64,000 nucleotides of DNA from Meyerozyma guilliermondii (lineage: Eukaryota), in NCBI GenBank assembly GCA_051546255.1, contig CP128815.1, positions 1,054,001 to 1,118,000 of the forward strand, given 5' to 3'. The position numbers and the translations under genes are program-made. Shown piece after piece: positions 1 through 10,090 of the stretch. Positions within the stretch are counted from its first letter, which is position 1. Each line of letters begins with the position of its first letter. A model generated the notes under the pieces. It had not been told where the DNA came from. It saw only the letters and a list, made by a program, of their open reading frames with translations, and made no database searches.

Positions 1-2503
1 TTTCTGTATTCGCTATGCCTGATTGTTGAAGCGGTGACAAGCGAACAGTGCTTTGACTGATACAGCTTTCTTCAGGCTTCAACGGTGAGTTCAATGGTTG
101 CAACTGATTGTAATTTCTTGAGAGGCTAGGTATTTGTGCCCCAGATGTGTAGTTCAACGAGTTCAGTGAAGTAGGACTATCGAGGTTATTAGACATGTCA
201 CTGAAGCTGCTCATGCTGTTAACTGCGCTGGTTAAACGGCTGTTAATTACGCTGTTCCGGGAAAATTTGGGAGCCCTTTTGGTGGGTTTTTTAATTCCTG
301 TTCGCTTAGGTGGAGAAATCTCAGCCGGTTTTAATATTCGCTGTGGGCTCCTTGAGCTCAAGCCTTTAGCTGGTGATTGGCGATTAATTGCAGCTCTTTT
401 GGGCGAGTAAGAAAGGGGTCGACTAGGCGAATGGGAGTTTCTGCTCTTGTCCGACTTCTTGTTAACGTATTCCGACTCTAGCATTATCACCATCTCAAAG
501 AAATCCTCACCATATGCTTGGAGAGGTTTTTTGCCCTGGCTCAATTGACTGTCATTATACTTGATGACTTCGGACTTCAAGCTATTGATCAAACGAGGCA
601 TGTTTTTGATCAACTTTTTTCTAATTTTTTCCTCGTTAAGTAATATCTTGCATGAATTCTTGCTCAATAGTCTGGAGGAATCTTTCGAAGATTCAGTCAA
701 AAATTGTTGGTCTTTTGCAAGCTCTTGCACTTGTTCATAGATCTGAAGTATTGGTTTCCTTGCCTCAAACTCTTGTTTCAAAGCCGAAAGCTCGACTTCA
801 TGACTATTGAGTATTTCTTCTTTGTCCTCGTCGCTGGTCTCTGCGTCATAATTAAAGTATTTGAAACTTTGTCTCATTTCGGTTGAGTATAGCATATCGT
901 TCCATAACTTTTCTATCTCAGATCTCGCTCTCTTAATGAAATCGTCCACGTATTCAGAGCGCTTCAAGTATAGTCTGTTTAGCTCCATCTTGAAATTGAC
1001 CAAAGAGGTTTCGCTCAAGTCGTTGTTTGAACTCAAAAAGTTATTGATATATGACTCGGATTCGTCAAGGCGCTCCCAGAGCATGGTACAGGTTTTGAGG
1101 TAGTGGTTCTTCCTCCTTTGCTTTGATTCGTGTAGACGTTCAAGAGTACTCACGAATTTCTCGACGAACTGAAGATGACCATCGTGAAGTCCAAATTCGG
1201 TGGGATTGTGCTGTATAAACTGAAGGGTCTCAACATCAAAGTAACCTTCCGAAGCTGCAGAAGAACCATTCCCATTTTTGATTTCGTTCATTGCATCAAA
1301 GTTCTTCTGAATGAGCTGCAACTGCTTTTCATTGAGCAGTAAATTGCCTATCAAAGTCAAACATTTCGAGATCATTTCACTCATTTGATTTTTTCGCTCA
1401 CCCATTGCTGCAGCATAAGAGTTGATTATTTTCTGCAATCTACCGAACAATTCGGTGCTCATTTTCGTTATTCTGAGACATCGAATAACTCTGATGAGCT
1501 TGTAGTTGACGTCTCTGAGTTCCTCAATAGTATCGCTTGACGGCGAAATCTGTGATTGCGGTTCTTTGACTTGATTCTTTCTCGGACTAGAAACAATAAA
1601 CTGAGTAGAGTCATTCATATTCCCCTTCCCATGCTTCGATTCTTTGAAACTACTCATTACCTCTTCAAATTCGTGAATGAGTTTAGCATGCTCTTCCGAT
1701 TCCTGACGATTTGGTAGAGTCTTGAGCAATGAGGAGTCTTCTAAGTTTGTAATATTTCCCACGGTATCATAAATGTCCAAGAATGCAAGATTGAGATCGG
1801 TAAGTTTGCGAAATGGTTTCATGAAACTTTGTAAAACCTGGAGAAATATTCGGTTCAAGTTGGATTTTAACTGAAGCAAGGAGAGCCGTGGAATGCTTTT
1901 TGTCATGTACTCATATTGGTTGGCGATGGTTGGTGAGCTCTCTTCTTCTGGAATGTATGGCGAGGTAAGATTGAATGGAGATGTTGCGTAGAACCGCTGT
2001 TGGCGAGATTGCAAATATTCTAGTCGATCCACGACATCTTCTTTGTATCCTTGCTCATATAAGTTCACGTCTTCAAACACAATTCCACGATCAGAGCACC
2101 GTAAGTTTCGTTCACCCTTGTCGTCGTTTATCATGGCGAGAATGATTCTAATTTGTTGTCGGAGCCATTCGCATTCGTTTTCTATATTGTTCTTTTCTCG
2201 CATCAAGCTGGAGCTGAAATTGGATATCGTATCTTCGATGGCACTAAATATCTCGGCCTTTTTAATCCTTGTTTCTGTGGTCGAATACCCGATCTTTGTA
2301 TATATTTCGTTCAAGTCGGCGATGGCTTGGTTGACATTGGTCGCAATGTGGTCAAATTTGCTTGTGAGTATCTCCTCCGTGGGTTTGGTGTTGGATAAAA
2401 CATGCGATATGTCTGTTGTGTTCTTAGTAGGAGTTTGCGTGGATCCATCCCAATCTTCCACCGGTAAATCCTGTTGATTAATGCGCAGGTTTTCGCAATC
2501 CAT
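1..2503 (-). CDS. ASE1: Spindle midzone microtubule-bundling protein Ase1 (MAP65/PRC1 family); 3' end runs off the window
   Basis: Not in the ORF track because it is open at the edge. ATG at 2503 reads MDCENSRINQQ...LNEIYTKIGYS...; further in, ESSKDSSRLLSKNSCKILLNEEKIRKKLIKNMPRL matches the Ase1 MAP65 core motif. Confidence 0.85.
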   Translation of the reverse strand, partial: MDCENLRINQQDLPVEDWDGSTQTPTKNTTDISHVLSNTKPTEEILTSKFDHIATNVNQAIADLNEIYTKIGYSTTETRIKKAEIFSAIEDTISNFSSSLMREKNNIENECEWLRQQIRIILAMINDDKGERNLRCSDRGIVFEDVNLYEQGYKEDVVDRLEYLQSRQQRFYATSPFNLTSPYIPEEESSPTIANQYEYMTKSIPRLSLLQLKSNLNRIFLQVLQSFMKPFRKLTDLNLAFLDIYDTVGNITNLEDSSLLKTLPNRQESEEHAKLIHEFEEVMSSFKESKHGKGNMNDSTQFIVSSPRKNQVKEPQSQISPSSDTIEELRDVNYKLIRVIRCLRITKMSTELFGRLQKIINSYAAAMGERKNQMSEMISKCLTLIGNLLLNEKQLQLIQKNFDAMNEIKNGNGSSAASEGYFDVETLQFIQHNPTEFGLHDGHLQFVEKFVSTLERLHESKQRRKNHYLKTCTMLWERLDESESYINNFLSSNNDLSETSLVNFKMELNRLYLKRSEYVDDFIKRARSEIEKLWNDMLYSTEMRQSFKYFNYDAETSDEDKEEILNSHEVELSALKQEFEARKPILQIYEQVQELAKDQQFLTESSKDSSRLLSKNSCKILLNEEKIRKKLIKNMPRLINSLKSEVIKYNDSQLSQGKKPLQAYGEDFFEMVIMLESEYVNKKSDKSRNSHSPSRPLSYSPKRAAINRQSPAKGLSSRSPQRILKPAEISPPKRTGIKKPTKRAPKFSRNSVINSRLTSAVNSMSSFSDMSNNLDSPTSLNSLNYTSGAQIPSLSRNYNQLQPLNSPLKPEESCISQSTVRLSPLQQSGIANTE

Positions 2504-2692
2504 GGTAATGGTCAATTAGTATAACAGGCAAATATGGTGTGTGGTTTGTGAGAAATATTTTGAGAATCAGCTTTGAAATCAAGTGCAATTTTTGAGGCAC
2601 CTGGTTCATCAGTCTTTTTCGATTTGGGTAATGTTATCGTCACTTGCCGTTTTCGGACGGAATGAAAATAGTGTATGTGCAGGAATTGGAAA

Positions 2693-4957
2693 TCAGTTTA
2701 TCAACGCCAATAATTCATCGCTGAAATTGCCGCGATGTGAAGAGTCGAGAAACTCTTGTTCGAGTGTCTCTTCTGCATCCGTTTCATTTTCAGATCTCTC
2801 TGGCTTTATAAACACAATGGGATCTTTAAGTAATTTTTTGAGTTCTTCTTTCTTTTTGTAGTTGCGGTGTATGCCTAGTTTTCGATAAACGAACCCGTTC
2901 ACCTCCCATCCCAACTCTCGGGCAACCTTGAAGAGATTCTTGCTTGGTTCTGCATCGCTTTTAACTCCGTGCTTCACCAACTGTTGGTACCAAAGTTCGG
3001 CTTTTTTGTACTCTTTGTGTTCGTAATGGTACATGATGAAAGGGTAGATTTGGTTGAAGGTAAACGGCAAATTAAGACTCCGCGATTCACGGACCATTTT
3101 CGTAGCAAACTCGTAATCTCTGTGAACAGATAGGGCCGTGGTGATGAGTAAATCAAAGAGATATGGGCTCCTGTTGCGACGACTGGTAGGAGCTATTCGG
3201 CTAAAGTAATCGCCAATAATGTCTTTTGCAGTGGAGTAAGCAGCTTCGCTCTTTACCATGCACATATCGTTATTTTCGGGATTCTCCTTAAGTAAGTATT
3301 TGATAATTAGCGTAACCACATGGTCGTTTTGTCTCGATGGCTTGAAGATGGGATGCTCTGCTTTGACCAAAGTTTCAATGTACGTGTCGTACAACTCCTT
3401 CAATAGTTGAGAAGTGAGAACAGATCTGTGAAGAGACGATAGACACATCTCATATGCCTGAGTGAGAGCTTTGGGAGTAATGTTGAAACCCCCAAGTCTT
3501 TCGTCGATATTCGCACGTTGAACTCGAAGCTCCGGGTTCTGAAGCTCGACAGCAGAACCATCTTGGTAAACCAATCCTAGAAGTTTGAGTTTGTTTAACA
3601 CTTTTATTCCATCCTTGAAAACGGCTGCAACATACCCAAACATTATTTTGGGAGTCGTGGGGTATTTAGCCTGAATTAAGCACAATATTTGATCGGTCAA
3701 CGCTAAGCAATCGGATCGTGTGAGCGTTTCGGGACGAATGTTGTTCATTAGCAATAAAGCTTCCTGGAAGTAGCCTTGGTTTCTCAAGTTCTTCATAATG
3801 ATCATCAAGATATCAAATGATATGGTAACGTTATTATGGACCATATACTGCATCATTCTCAAGCATTCTTGTGAGCCTTTGAAAACCATAACATGGTTAA
3901 GAAGGACCTTAAGAAGTAACAGGATGTCGGTATTGATGTCTGAATCTTTAACACGAGGTACGTAATTTTCTTTGCCAACAAGTTTGCACTTTTCCTCAAA
4001 TTTCGTAACCAAGAGACTGACATACATATTTGCGTTCACGATGTCTCTTTTTTCTATCGAATGTGTTGCAAACCGTGCCAAGTCTCTTACGGAAAAGAAT
4101 ATTCTCATTCTGGTGATATGGCTTGGAGCAATGGTTGGTTTCCGAATATCATGCCATTTAGGGTTCAAAAGTCCGGTTTTAGCGACCAATTTTTCAAGAT
4201 TCAGTCCTGCTAAAAGTTCGTGTTTTAGCTTCTCCATATGACTTATGACATAGGTCTGAATGTTCAAAATCACTAGATATGCGTACAACTCGGCAAACTT
4301 TTCTCGGGGCATTATTCGAAGTATTCGCTCGAACAATAGTGAATTCAAGATTAGTGGTTTCTCGTTGCAAACGTTTAATTTCCTCAAGTTATCAAGGTAT
4401 GAGAGAAGAGTGGTAGCCTGTTTCTCTTTATTTAGTTTAAGAATGAAGGCAACTGTTTGGAAAAACTTGGATCGAAAGGTATTCGCCGTATGGTCTATCA
4501 TCATTTCTACCAATGATTCTTTTATTGTATCCGACGCAGCCAACATTCGGAGCTGTTCATTGACTGACTCCTTGAGCTCTGAATTGTCTATGGCAAAGTA
4601 GTAAATGCTCGCTGTTTCCGTATCATCAAGGATCATTCCATCAATTATTTCAGCCATGCTGGTACAGAATTGTTCTGTTTCTCCTACCCATTTGTACGGA
4701 ATTTTGATCAAGTGTAGATACTCGTCCATCTTTAGTCTTCTTATATCGTCTGAGCTCATACCAAACAAAGGGCTGGGATATGTATCTAGAGAAATCTTCT
4801 TCCAGATGATTTCATCATCTTTCTTGGAAAATAAAAATGGTCGTAAACGAGGATGTTGTATGGGTATCAGAGCCGTTTCGTGTGTTGTAGCTGATATGCT
4901 ATTAGCTCTGACAAATCTTCCCACGTACTTGGACGTTAGGAAAATACGTCGGAACAT
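2693..4957 (-). CDS. Mitochondrial helical-repeat (PPR-like) protein, probably an Atp22-like translational activator
   Basis: Likely ATG at 4957 gives an Arg-rich, acid-free presequence (MFRRIFLTSKYVGRFVRANS). PPR-like segments: FDILMIIMKNLRNQGYFQEALLLMNNI and YKKAELWYQQLVKHGVK. The Atp22 call is inferred from proximity to a YPQ gene, as with S. cerevisiae ATP22/YPQ2. Confidence 0.6.
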   Translation of the reverse strand: MFRRIFLTSKYVGRFVRANSISATTHETALIPIQHPRLRPFLFSKKDDEIIWKKISLDTYPSPLFGMSSDDIRRLKMDEYLHLIKIPYKWVGETEQFCTSMAEIIDGMILDDTETASIYYFAIDNSELKESVNEQLRMLAASDTIKESLVEMMIDHTANTFRSKFFQTVAFILKLNKEKQATTLLSYLDNLRKLNVCNEKPLILNSLLFERILRIMPREKFAELYAYLVILNIQTYVISHMEKLKHELLAGLNLEKLVAKTGLLNPKWHDIRKPTIAPSHITRMRIFFSVRDLARFATHSIEKRDIVNANMYVSLLVTKFEEKCKLVGKENYVPRVKDSDINTDILLLLKVLLNHVMVFKGSQECLRMMQYMVHNNVTISFDILMIIMKNLRNQGYFQEALLLMNNIRPETLTRSDCLALTDQILCLIQAKYPTTPKIMFGYVAAVFKDGIKVLNKLKLLGLVYQDGSAVELQNPELRVQRANIDERLGGFNITPKALTQAYEMCLSSLHRSVLTSQLLKELYDTYIETLVKAEHPIFKPSRQNDHVVTLIIKYLLKENPENNDMCMVKSEAAYSTAKDIIGDYFSRIAPTSRRNRSPYLFDLLITTALSVHRDYEFATKMVRESRSLNLPFTFNQIYPFIMYHYEHKEYKKAELWYQQLVKHGVKSDAEPSKNLFKVARELGWEVNGFVYRKLGIHRNYKKKEELKKLLKDPIVFIKPERSENETDAEETLEQEFLDSSHRGNFSDELLALIN

Positions 4958-5030
4958 ATATCCAGAGTTGCAAGTTTTCGATCTAGTGGAAGATGCTGCG
5001 AAAGTATTAATGTATGGAGGTATGGATGTT

Positions 5031-5936
5031 TCACTGGTGGTTCCACAGAGTAAGAGAAATGGGAGGTTCCACCGGCTTTCTATATATGCGACGCTGGTAG
5101 AAGTATGCAAGGTCAAACACAATTGTTCCAGCACTCCCAAGAATGTATGGAAGCTCCTTTATAAAAAATTCATGTCGCAAATCATCATTGACAAAGTCGC
5201 AACTGGTAAGTATTGACAAGGTATAAGTAAGGTTTCCAATAAGTGCTGCACCGAATAAAAGTGGTGATATTCCATCTACTGACTTTCTTTGGTAGTTTTT
5301 GTAGAGCTGAGGACAGCGTGAGGCCATGTAAACGAACGTACATGCCCATGCAAGAAGGACACCCAAAACTTCCCCAAAAGAACTTTCTTTTTCAGGAATG
5401 TTACTTGTCAGCAATGCGCTGGCTCCCTGGGCCATGGAGGAAACTGCAATTGACTTGACAATCGGCAGGTTATCCGTAGAACTGTAGCTCCCGCTGGGCG
5501 AATTGGATATTGACCCTGGTGTAGGAATTGCTCTATGTGAGCCGTCAGTTATATGAGTTTCTGCATCAGTATGGAACAAGCTTTCATGGGTAGTTGTACC
5601 GGAGTCAATTTCCAGGACGAGTCCATTCACGCTTTTGTAATTGTTTGAGGTGCGCACCAGGTAGTAGTAGTATTGGAAACACAAGGTTAAGTCGTTGCAA
5701 ATGAAAAATAAACTCAAGTACACCTGGAACTTGAGTACCACCTTATTGAGCAAGCAGCTCGTAAAACTCAAAAAATCACCGGCAAACCAAAGCGCCAAAA
5801 ATGACGGTGAGATTCCGTCGGCAGACTTGTTCTTATAGTTGGTGTAGATTTGCGGCATCTGGGCACAGATCCAGCTACACAAAGAAACGGTGCTGAAGAA
5901 GTCAGAGACCCCTACGAAATGGCCACATGTGTCCAT
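5031..5936 (-). CDS. PQ-loop vacuolar cationic amino acid transporter (Ypq1/Ypq2/Rtc2 family)
   Basis: Two PQ-loop repeats: AQMPQIYTNYKNKSADGISP and SRCPQLYKNYQRKSVDGISP. ATG at 5936 (MDTCGHF). Confidence 0.9.
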   Translation of the reverse strand: MDTCGHFVGVSDFFSTVSLCSWICAQMPQIYTNYKNKSADGISPSFLALWFAGDFLSFTSCLLNKVVLKFQVYLSLFFICNDLTLCFQYYYYLVRTSNNYKSVNGLVLEIDSGTTTHESLFHTDAETHITDGSHRAIPTPGSISNSPSGSYSSTDNLPIVKSIAVSSMAQGASALLTSNIPEKESSFGEVLGVLLAWACTFVYMASRCPQLYKNYQRKSVDGISPLLFGAALIGNLTYTLSILTSCDFVNDDLRHEFFIKELPYILGSAGTIVFDLAYFYQRRIYRKPVEPPISLTLWNHQ

Positions 5937-6067
5937 GTTATGTTTAGAGTGGTAGTCAGTCAATGGATGTATTTCGGGTAAAGTATGAATGAGTCGCAGC
6001 CTTATCTGAGATCTGCTTATATAAGGGGCATACCTGGATTGGGAAGGTTGCAACCGAGTGGGGGTAT

Positions 6068-7834
6068 TCAGACCTTGTATAAAGCGTCGAGAAATGCCAC
6101 AATGATCCGATTAGCAACCCCAGAGGTGCTAACACTTCCAGCGACACCATAAATAGCGGCGGTATCATTTTTCTTGTTGCCCGATTTATTGGCTGCTAAT
6201 TCTTCGGTACACTCAATCAAATCTCTGATCAATTCATTTACAATTGGAACTGTCAACCTTGTAAAAGCAAAGTGGAGCGCTGCTGGTTTCTGGAGGGCGG
6301 CAAAATGCCATCCTTTGGCCGTCAAGGCATCACCCAAGTCATAAATGTTCACAGAAGCGTTTTTCAGCTTAAACGCAATAACCAGTGCAATCGGGTCCCC
6401 GAGTACTTCAAGATACTGCGATAACTTACCGCTTTTGATTTCTTCTTTCAACTTCATGGTAGCTGTGACAATGTCAAAACAGGACTCTCGGTAGCCCTTT
6501 TCCCCAATGTGCATTAATGTGGCCCAACATCCAACTGCAAGAGCACCAGGCCGCGAGCCAGCAAGTGTAGGGGATCCATACATTCCACCAGCCCATTCGA
6601 CCAGAACATAGTATTGGCATTGACGGAGCTCTGGTGTACGGTACATGATCACAGAAGAGCCCTTGGGAGCGAAACCATATTTGTGGGTATCACAAGAAAT
6701 TGAGGTAACTCCAGCGAGTCTGAAATCAAACAAGGGAATCGATTTAGTTCCATGGACCTTACTCTTTTCCAAAAAGGTAACTATGAACGATCCCAAGCAT
6801 GCATCAACGTGCAATGGGATATTGTACTTCAATGCCAATTCTGATAATGCTTCAATATCGTCGATTACACCATGTGGGTAATTAGGAGCTGAACCAACGA
6901 TGAGCACAGTGTTGTTATTTATGTGCCGCTTGACCAGTTTCACATCCACCTGATAGGTTACCGGATTAACCTCGACCTTGTGAAGCTTCATTCCAAAGTA
7001 GTTGCATGCCTTTTCTATACCAGCATGAACCGTCATTGGTGCGATCACTTCGGGTTCACTAATGCCCTTTTTTCTTTTGCCATATTCACGAGCCGCCAAC
7101 CCCGTCAAGAGCAACGATTCTGTGCCACCAGAAGTAGTGGACCCACACCCAGAAGCAGGAGCATTGAACAATTTAAGTACCATAGACACTATTTCAGCTT
7201 CCATCTTTCGCACTCCAGGGAAGACATCAGGATGTAATTGATTGGCAATTGAGTATTTCTCATATGCTGCTGTCTGTAGTTTCAAGAGCTCGTCTCCACC
7301 ATGGTAGACTGCCCCACTCACACGTCCGTTGGCCCAGTCGGAATGCTTTATGGCCTGAAGACTATCAAGCTCGGATTCGACTTTTGCTCCGGAATACCCG
7401 ATTTCTGGAAGGGTAATATGTTGGTCCAAATCTTTACCCTTTATCACTGTATCCTCGATGAGCTCTATGGTTGATTTGAGCTCGGTATCCACCTTCTTTT
7501 TGATAGGAGGAAGTGATAAAACCCAACTGGAAACCACTTTGAATACTTTATCACGAGCCATTGAAATCAACTTGAAAGTGCCATATCCCCACCAAACCCT
7601 AAACGCTTTTCGGATTCGAATAAAGAATACATAGATTAAAAATACATCTCGAGCAATCATCAAATACCCGAGCAATGGGCTCGAATGTTCTCCGAAATAC
7701 CATGTCTCCGTTTGCTTCACTGTCCTCCAGAAATATATTTGTACGAGAAAAACAAACAGCTGAAAGTCATGAGGGAGATAAGGGACACCGTAATAGTGGT
7801 TTGAGAGCAATTGGACGTCCAAATTCTTTAACAT
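6068..7834 (-). CDS. DPL1: Sphinganine-1-phosphate lyase (PLP-dependent)
   Basis: GRVSGAVYHGG, NQLHPDVFPGVRKMEAE, TSGGTES, HVDACLG and the PLP lysine motif SCDTHKYG. First ATG at 7834. Confidence 0.95.
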   Translation of the reverse strand: MLKNLDVQLLSNHYYGVPYLPHDFQLFVFLVQIYFWRTVKQTETWYFGEHSSPLLGYLMIARDVFLIYVFFIRIRKAFRVWWGYGTFKLISMARDKVFKVVSSWVLSLPPIKKKVDTELKSTIELIEDTVIKGKDLDQHITLPEIGYSGAKVESELDSLQAIKHSDWANGRVSGAVYHGGDELLKLQTAAYEKYSIANQLHPDVFPGVRKMEAEIVSMVLKLFNAPASGCGSTTSGGTESLLLTGLAAREYGKRKKGISEPEVIAPMTVHAGIEKACNYFGMKLHKVEVNPVTYQVDVKLVKRHINNNTVLIVGSAPNYPHGVIDDIEALSELALKYNIPLHVDACLGSFIVTFLEKSKVHGTKSIPLFDFRLAGVTSISCDTHKYGFAPKGSSVIMYRTPELRQCQYYVLVEWAGGMYGSPTLAGSRPGALAVGCWATLMHIGEKGYRESCFDIVTATMKLKEEIKSGKLSQYLEVLGDPIALVIAFKLKNASVNIYDLGDALTAKGWHFAALQKPAALHFAFTRLTVPIVNELIRDLIECTEELAANKSGNKKNDTAAIYGVAGSVSTSGVANRIIVAFLDALYKV

Positions 7835-7968
7835 TTGTGTATCCAGCAATTTGCAAGTGTGGTAATTATGTGCACTAGTTTGTCCCGCGCTTGCCTACAA
7901 AGATGAAGCACCAGGTGATCAGAGATTCATTATGTAAGAATTAGTGACCAGCCTTCAACCTTCAGTAA

Positions 7969-10014
7969 TTACATAGGAGTTGCTGAACGGCTGATTCTAT
8001 TGACTTGCCTGCTTGAAGATCCTCCAGAACTGTCAAGAATACCATTTCTTTCTTTTATGATGGTGTCGAGCTTTTGGGCAAAAATCTCTTCGATAACTCT
8101 ATTCTCTTGTTCAATTCTGTGACACTCTGCCTCGATTTTGTGCAAGCTATCGTCTTTGAATAAGGTAGGAAGAAGTCTCGCACCTGGTCCTGTAATTTTT
8201 TGTTGTAGCTTGATGTTTTTCTCTTGTATTTCTGAAAGTTCACCGGATAATTTGGCGGCCATAGCCGAACTCTCTTGATACTTGTATCGAGTTTCGTCGC
8301 TCTCCCCATTCAACTTTTCAAGCTCCACTGCTACATTGGACAATTCTTTTTCCAACTCAGCAATGTTTGACTTCTGAACAGCGACTGTTTCCTCCGTTGC
8401 ATTTTTAACATTGTCTTCCAAGAACTGCTTCTTTGACTTCAATTCTTCATTTTTTTGCCGAATTTTTTCTACATCAGCATCAATTCGAGCGGATAACTTT
8501 TCTGCGACGTTTGCCTTGTCTATGAGGACTTTCATCTCTCTATAGTTGGCAGCAATTAACTCCTCATCACGGTCTATTTCAAGTTGTCTTTTCGATTCAT
8601 CATTCCTAAACGTTATCAACTTGTCATTTGAAAGAGACCGTTGTGTGCTTTCAAGTTCTCCAGTTCTCTCATTCAAAATAACAGACAACGTATACTTGAA
8701 ATCTTTGTAACTGCGTACTTCTTCACCGAAATTGTAGGTACGCAGTTCACGGTCACGGGTAGCAAGTGCCTCCAAATAGTCCACTCGAAGCTTCTTCATT
8801 AATTTTTCATCGGTAAAGTTGAAGTTGAGCAGAGTGGAAAACTCTTCAAGTCCAAAACTAGGATAAGTTTCGAGAGTCGGATCCGTTATCCAGTTGTACA
8901 ACTCGATCATTGACTGGTGGTTTTTGCGGTAAAAGCCCGCTACACTTTGCTCGAACAAATTGAAACGATTCACAGCATACACATTTAGCGCCCTTAGTCT
9001 CCATTTATGAGCTGGACTCAGTAAGCGATCGATGGAAATGTTGCCCAAATTGCCAGCTGGTTTAGGAATTTGTGTGAGAATATGTAGTATGGACATAACA
9101 GGTACCGGTATGAGTATAGGAGTTTTGCGTCCGTTATTATGCACGTTTCTCGACACTTCGATGCTAGGACTTTCACAGTCGATGGTCTGGTCAAATGAAA
9201 AGATTAGGTTGAATGCAGAGTTTCCAGACAACGACGCTGGAGTATAATGATTGTAGAATTGTTGGGTGGTTGTCAAGTACAAGCAAGTAGCCGCTGAGCC
9301 TGTTTGTGGTCCCTTGCTACTGAATCTCCTCCTTTTGGATTTTGGTTCTACTTCCTTTTGTTCGCTCAGTGGCATGCCTCTGTTGTCTTCATACATCTTT
9401 CCACTGCTCAAATTTTTGTAGTACAATTGCTTGCCTATGATTATGCCCTCCACTAGTTCGAGCTCTTTGACGTTCTCAGCTATAACGAGGATATTGAACA
9501 CTTCAGTCTTCGTTGAGTCCCGTAAAGAATCGATTATACCATCAATTATTTCGTTGAAAAGTTTGAGATTTCCTGAAAGATTCAAAAGTCTTTCGTTAGT
9601 TTCCAGCAATAGAAGCTGCTTGGGCATCAAATGATCAACTAGCAACGATGGGTGTCTAGAAGCGATGCAAAGTTGGTCAAAAAGAAGTTTTATCATGTCG
9701 TAAGAATCTGAGCTTGAAGCTATTCCTTCGGATGATTCTGCTGTTTCCAACAAGCTATTGATACTAGCTCGAGTTCTGCGTGACTCTACACCATTCGTGA
9801 GATGGTGACGCATTATTTGAATGATAATCTCACAAATATCACGTTGCATTGGAGTCAAAACCGTCGGCAAATAATGGACTCCATCATTTGATTCCGCTTC
9901 ATTATTGCTTGTGGTTTCCAAGTCTATAACGGTTGTGGGTGACTCCTCCGTCTTGTAAATTGCCTGTGGAGGGTCGCCCGCCAACATATCTAATAAATTC
10001 ATGGTTGATTTCAT
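7969..10014 (-). CDS. HDA2: HDA1 histone deacetylase complex subunit (Hda2/Hda3 family)
   Basis: YLPTVLTPMQ..., HPSLLVDHLMPKQLL and a C-terminal coiled coil. Adjacent to DPL1, as HDA2 is in S. cerevisiae. Confidence 0.8.
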   Translation of the reverse strand: MKSTMNLLDMLAGDPPQAIYKTEESPTTVIDLETTSNNEAESNDGVHYLPTVLTPMQRDICEIIIQIMRHHLTNGVESRRTRASINSLLETAESSEGIASSSDSYDMIKLLFDQLCIASRHPSLLVDHLMPKQLLLLETNERLLNLSGNLKLFNEIIDGIIDSLRDSTKTEVFNILVIAENVKELELVEGIIIGKQLYYKNLSSGKMYEDNRGMPLSEQKEVEPKSKRRRFSSKGPQTGSAATCLYLTTTQQFYNHYTPASLSGNSAFNLIFSFDQTIDCESPSIEVSRNVHNNGRKTPILIPVPVMSILHILTQIPKPAGNLGNISIDRLLSPAHKWRLRALNVYAVNRFNLFEQSVAGFYRKNHQSMIELYNWITDPTLETYPSFGLEEFSTLLNFNFTDEKLMKKLRVDYLEALATRDRELRTYNFGEEVRSYKDFKYTLSVILNERTGELESTQRSLSNDKLITFRNDESKRQLEIDRDEELIAANYREMKVLIDKANVAEKLSARIDADVEKIRQKNEELKSKKQFLEDNVKNATEETVAVQKSNIAELEKELSNVAVELEKLNGESDETRYKYQESSAMAAKLSGELSEIQEKNIKLQQKITGPGARLLPTLFKDDSLHKIEAECHRIEQENRVIEEIFAQKLDTIIKERNGILDSSGGSSSRQVNRISRSATPM

Positions 10015-10090
10015 GTCTCAAGATTTCCGTTGAAGATATGGTGCTTATGTAAGACGGCCCCGATGTTCTATATTCTATAAATCAGTGGTC

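Noticed and set aside
195..2861. Short plus-strand ORFs at the window start
   Set aside because: Almost all are antisense shadows of ASE1 or the PPR-like gene.
4958..5140. N-terminal extension of the PPR-like ORF overlapping the PQ-loop gene
   Set aside because: It overlaps the upstream gene, and the ATG at 4957 gives a clean mitochondrial presequence.
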